A stretch of DNA of 64,000 bases from a virus: IMG/VR virus record IMGVR_UViG_3300033146_002435, positions 4,818 through 68,817 of that record; one strand, 5' to 3'. The notes below the pieces were generated by a model. It was not told the origin of the DNA. It was given only the letters and a program-made list of their open reading frames with translations, and did not search any database. This document shows, piece by piece, positions 61,101 to 64,000 of this stretch (position 1 is the stretch's first letter; each line of letters opens with the position of its first letter). The translations under genes were made by a program, and so were the position numbers.

Positions 61101-62118
61101 ATTTGTTCTTCGGAAAGAGGCTGTTCGAAAGTTAGGTGTTGATAAACTCACTAACTTAAACGAGGACTACCACAATAATAAATTTGTCAAGATGGCCTTT
61201 GGAGGCTTCGTTCGAGGTCTTGGGGTAAAGGACTATGTAAAAGAAATTGTGGACACAGCAGTGGCCCCTGGGACATCAAAAGCCGTTGAGCTTGACATAG
61301 AGGCACTCATGGAGTCATCCATCAGCAGAACCCCAAGTTACCTGAGAAAAAGTGATAACGTATTTGTTTCTGACCTTTCTGAGTACGGCCCTGAGAAGCT
61401 ATTTAAAGATTTTGATAACTATAAAAAAACATACGATTTGTACTCTAGCGGAGAAATATACAACCATACAGGAGCACATGGTCTGTTTAACCAAATAAAC
61501 GATTATATGAGTGTCATAAATGGGTACTTTCTTGCATTGAGAGACAATATGAACGACTCCTACGGAGTTAAGATGACCGCTCCACGAATTGACTACACGA
61601 CGACTTCAAGCCAAATGGAGAAAATGCACGACGACTTTTTAGCAGAGGCTGCTAGAAAATTGCTTGATCAGTCTCCTGTCACTATGATGGCGGGTGGCCA
61701 AGTTCCGGGCGGGGACTCCGTGGCCTCCGCAGCACAGAACACACTTGCGAAATTAGTAAGTAAAATGGGGATGCCCCAGACACCTCTCGGGCAGTCCGTG
61801 CAAAAAAATGAAGTCCCGGCCCTTTTAGAAAGAGGCGAGTTTGTGTTAAACAAAGAAGTAGTACGCAGGTTGGGACTCTCTAAACTGCGTAAGTTGAACG
61901 AGGGGCAGAAAGCCTGGCCGAAGTATCACGACGGTGGCCTCGTCCAAACAGGCGGTAGTCAGGGGGGTGCAACGGCATCTGAGATCGCTACAAGCAACCT
62001 CAATTTACAAATGGATGTGACATTCAAAACACTTGATCAATCAGGTGCTGAGGATTTTGTGCAAAACATGCTCATGCCTGAGATAGCAAGAACATATAGG
62101 CTCAAAGGAGACATTTAA
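55186..62118 (+). CDS. tail tape measure protein (TP901-like core)
   Basis: ~2310 aa helical; LGQAGFSAKE...AALGTLNNAGLKASTAATGLR core; C-terminal FARGG...DRVPALLE.GEFVL motifs. Confidence 0.93.
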   Translation: MVAKGSVEITLSDKLSSDFGKALGKVVDDTAKKVSTLQKTMKDFGESAKTSGKSAGEGMKSFSSALGGVDKLIHSTRGGLKEIDDQVKKGNKSVADMGKGYENAAVSIAKMKAVIDAEIAVLRASINAKGGMESADKALVERMGELQAASGKLNSELTHLKKSYESQVPALDKVSASTKKFETTTAQLAKSLKQYSAIDQKHAQNITNISANIAKGIGSYKQLADAYAKRATNLKESIRFEVQYVKQLREEAGANKEAIKVADDRARNLELMLRTLRSVEIAQEGATQAQVRYASTSQQLKASESEMAVALGKSATSYEKLVADQKILIEMEAKGIVSSNKVASSYEKRYKAISTLIENTKKQISMAKMDNKESVESKKTLDHLVSSLKKYEKEKEKVTKLTATAIAATKKSNVEQVKEITGLAKAAKAYDNMLSKLRNLEKAYKGLIHNLESKNKLTDKEAQKLKLLKSQYAGVQSSLKKLSSGHIAASNSTKKMTISTTQLSQAMMLAGGSMSRISYGLTALASIGPQVAAGLGVVIAAMAAFKLAFKVASEAVDFFKENLKASINEFSEFERMIMGAVAVTGEGASTFYEIGDAARKVAIDFTFSSKEIAKGFITLGQAGFSAKESLSAIRSVAELAQATFSSLASSSDLMTTSIRAFDLEVTDSDRVAQLFAATINNSKTTLDGLRTAFNYVGVSAHQIGISLEQTAAALGTLNNAGLKASTAATGLRGIFGKLLAPTAKFRKELEKVGLTVEDVDPRVHGLSATLRTLRDAGFDVQSAYSGLDKRIAASATALIANVDAFDQLGAKITGTSDATVNAALQMSTLAGKTAILKNTLENLHISIGDELSPSLKDLADKLTYTLNNNQDLIESFTDLSNVVLNMANVLLDSFNGIGEKSKLLQDSMDVLHTSVSAILKSNPITSPFGIGMDYLRDKMSKLVKESEKYEKTTAHLTKALQKQVNTNKILKTGYRDTIDILRDVETSEQDRLNSIDMMVEALKKQGESEEVINGIRVAQMNGIDDLIAKLEELRLKREEQERGANFDLYVLSITSTSEALGSLVEDVNKASVAMLKARQITEGVTVKNNENTSSILDAITVNESYRGVLQNNIATMDAVARQSAINITALENEAGGTELLLSKIRDLQDLRVNATNGQRVQIDLTLEHIKAMSDSELVHLAVTQALIDTDAAYTRFKETLSEMNLDIDTHSKLFGEARAAYLNAKTELDNLNASMSALAEAGGSGSTEFMLMETRVVALADAMQGLNDEFGDFEKSVESAKEIMTQFDKDIAESARTYAEDRKVELFQETEKLRKEYESRLISYKAYQDGMATLDTKRSELSDDQTKHRAEFIIDQAESIIEKEKAALQKRLDNEKKYNKDVLKSAQEYHDLFMEMKKKERDAVQDLVDSISEKIDAFRKLYDEASDGMDSSADSISKNIEKTGDTYNKVMGKNRRATDEVRDSYSKMIKAESRLNDATQELNEGIADLNERFPEGKRNSQAYIDAVDRLKESAKEVATRSNEASSATASFGSTLAKNKDKLNEGAYNSYANAIRGVGSSMSGAKIANDDMNRTIKEGSKEALSSAEKSLGGYQKKVQEFSKVIATADKAQVSMIAKLKNVGISIDGNIDKFAKLAEGSTQNIEKIIGKLGELRGAADVIELVIKPASETDSNLNALKDTLGGIKDLASVDIEFIEDAEFNLDKVKGDFDDVKSEIESTPIMVPIHLELDAESQDIWTNLHGSSSGTPAKKFARGGRVGERGYGGGDRVPALLEKGEFVLRKEATRMIGEATLRQMNSLSPIRMAKGGVVSSPASNTVNRFAAIDYLLLDVLKSFSESSSPKLKAGVDKKGTGYMFDMADMLKKQMSGASSVIDRGLYKTALDELVDNINRYFETLMNTAGKQMGVDFSAPSFSSSNLSSRQLKSTYASILDDLANRMSSSSDVEKFARGGRVGRRGYGGGDRVPALLEEGEFVLRKEAVRKLGVDKLTNLNEDYHNNKFVKMAFGGFVRGLGVKDYVKEIVDTAVAPGTSKAVELDIEALMESSISRTPSYLRKSDNVFVSDLSEYGPEKLFKDFDNYKKTYDLYSSGEIYNHTGAHGLFNQINDYMSVINGYFLALRDNMNDSYGVKMTAPRIDYTTTSSQMEKMHDDFLAEAARKLLDQSPVTMMAGGQVPGGDSVASAAQNTLAKLVSKMGMPQTPLGQSVQKNEVPALLERGEFVLNKEVVRRLGLSKLRKLNEGQKAWPKYHDGGLVQTGGSQGGATASEIATSNLNLQMDVTFKTLDQSGAEDFVQNMLMPEIARTYRLKGDI

Positions 62119-64000
62119 TGGGACATGAACTTTTTCTCCACGGTGACGGAAAAACTCCGGTAAGGCTTGAGGCCAACTCGACAGCGACGACCGACAAATT
62201 TCCGGTTCCCGATGTGTACAAACAAGGGTCTGGTGACATTGAGATCACGGGGGACTACACAGGGGACAGTGATCTTGAGATCAACATTGACGTGATTGAG
62301 TCGGATACTGTGTCGAGTGACACGGGAATCATCTCAGATCCCTCTTTCAGCGGGGGGAACGACAAACCGAACAGTGACGCATTGGTTATCTATGGGGTTG
62401 GAGAAGATGTTGAAGTAGGCGAGTATGAGATGGAATGTGTAGATCCATCGAATCCGCAGGTAGTAGGGTCTAACACGCTCATAAGTGCTTTTGTTTTGGA
62501 AGCCAACGGATACCGTGAGGGCGACAGTAACCACTATGTAGACGCTGCCCATGGGGGTATTGATCTGGATGGCGATGCGGATAATGAGGTAAGAATGGAA
62601 GTTCACGATCTTGTGTCGTCAGTCAACGTCTCTGTTGCCCTGGACGTTCTTTCATACAACAGCGGTTCCGGAATCACCTACACACCTGTGTCTGCGGATA
62701 GTGCCGACTTCAAAAATTATGCGTCTACACTGTTCACGAACCCTATTGACTTTGCAACGGATTACCCGATCATAAGTGACAGCGGTGAATTCTCGGACAA
62801 CTTGTTTGCAAACGCACCTTTATTTCTTTGGGGTACTGAAACAATCCAGGGGGACACTGATTATGAAAATTACCCGGTTCGAGGTGGCCTTTACCGCCAG
62901 TTCAAGATTTCAAAGGACTCAGGGTATCAATACAAATTAACGAACCCGGACAGTGACATCCTTGTCTCGGGCCTGAAGCCTTACCACGCCACAGGGAGCC
63001 TTATCATTCACTTCTATGTGAGGGACTCAGCGGGAGCCAAAGTCGGGGAACTCACGTACACCCACTACCTCGATGACTCCGGAAACCCACAACCAATCAG
63101 GCTATGGGGCGAGTTGGCAAAAGCCATTCAGCAACACAGAGAAGAGCATATCTATGTCCATCCTGACTACGTGTCAACGAACTATGTTGTAGCAACATCA
63201 AGACACAGAAACCCTATGGTTCGAGTTAAATTTTCTGAAAGTGTCTCACTCCCTCATTCGAACAAAAGTATTACTGACTGGCAGAACACACCAATCTCTT
63301 TCACTTCGTACAGTGCTGCCCGGAAAATATCCATAGAAGGCACTGAGCTTGAAATGCTCGCCATGTTCAAGGTACTTGATAGATCCCTCATTAAAACTGA
63401 AGATGTTACCATAACGCCTATTCTGGTATCCGTAGGGGACACTTCACAGTATGCCTTCCAAGTAAATGCACCAAAGACCCTTGAGGCTATGGGTATCACG
63501 GATCGCAGTTACCTTGCACAACTTTCTTACGACCAGAGGTTGTCCACTTACTTTCAGGGAACCACGGAATCAGCATACCTGGGTTTCGATCTCAGGATAA
63601 CGAATCCGAATTCCGAGGTTGTTGTGGATGGCGGGAGTACCTGCGATAGAAAGTTGAAGTACAAAATTGTCACTCTTGTGGGGGACACAGACGACAACCC
63701 ACGAAGTTTTCACCCGGTACTCGATAATGTGTCCGGCCCGGAGTCCTTCCCTACCTATGACCTCATTTGGTCGAAGTACGTGCCACCACTCTGCTCCTCA
63801 ATCCCCGATCAAAGCGATTATGACAACTGCATCTATGATCTGTTTTCCGGAAATTCGGATATGTCACTTTCATTCCCTTATTTTAGCCTTTCAAGCGGTG
63901 ATGCTTACAGGCCCAACATGGATTATATTGCCGATGTCGTGAATCCTTTCACGAATTCCACAGATATAAATAACACGCATACGTTCAAGCATACGGAGTC
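62118..64000 (+). CDS. large tail/baseplate protein (runs off right edge)
   Basis: ATG overlapping the tape measure stop, AAGGAG RBS; MGHELFLHGDGKTPVRLEANS...; not in the track, apparently because no stop occurs in the window. Confidence 0.75.
   Translation, partial: MGHELFLHGDGKTPVRLEANSTATTDKFPVPDVYKQGSGDIEITGDYTGDSDLEINIDVIESDTVSSDTGIISDPSFSGGNDKPNSDALVIYGVGEDVEVGEYEMECVDPSNPQVVGSNTLISAFVLEANGYREGDSNHYVDAAHGGIDLDGDADNEVRMEVHDLVSSVNVSVALDVLSYNSGSGITYTPVSADSADFKNYASTLFTNPIDFATDYPIISDSGEFSDNLFANAPLFLWGTETIQGDTDYENYPVRGGLYRQFKISKDSGYQYKLTNPDSDILVSGLKPYHATGSLIIHFYVRDSAGAKVGELTYTHYLDDSGNPQPIRLWGELAKAIQQHREEHIYVHPDYVSTNYVVATSRHRNPMVRVKFSESVSLPHSNKSITDWQNTPISFTSYSAARKISIEGTELEMLAMFKVLDRSLIKTEDVTITPILVSVGDTSQYAFQVNAPKTLEAMGITDRSYLAQLSYDQRLSTYFQGTTESAYLGFDLRITNPNSEVVVDGGSTCDRKLKYKIVTLVGDTDDNPRSFHPVLDNVSGPESFPTYDLIWSKYVPPLCSSIPDQSDYDNCIYDLFSGNSDMSLSFPYFSLSSGDAYRPNMDYIADVVNPFTNSTDINNTHTFKHTE

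Overview
A 64-kb segment of a tailed dsDNA phage genome (Caudoviricetes, most likely a long-tailed siphovirus), read in the standard genetic code. It has two divergent arms. The left arm (1-28.1 kb, minus strand) carries a replication/recombination module: SbcCD-like pair, resolvase-like nuclease, family A DNA polymerase, 5'-3' exonuclease, GroES, MazG-like, SNF2 helicase and AEP primase-helicase. Upstream of these lie many small early-type genes with consensus sigma70 promoters. The right arm (29.7-64 kb, plus strand) carries RdgC, an M15-type peptidase, two beta-propeller fibre-like proteins, a class 3 lipase and a head-tail morphogenesis operon that runs off the right edge. The most unusual part is the 23.6-29.7 kb switch region. 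It has an AT-rich non-coding block and two ~0.9-1 kb eukaryote-like microsatellite arrays of opposite CAG/CTG polarity that bracket a six-gene cassette. It also has a promoter-proximal 30-nt tandem array whose unit can fold as an H-type pseudoknot, reminiscent of type III antitoxin RNA. Other observations: a GACACT-N9-AGTGTC operator at several promoters, a small Hc1-like histone-like gene missing from the ORF track, two frame-disrupted early genes, and apparent absence of GCGC sites. I recognised no tRNA, CRISPR array, integrase or reverse transcriptase. All product calls come from reading motifs by eye, not from database searches.
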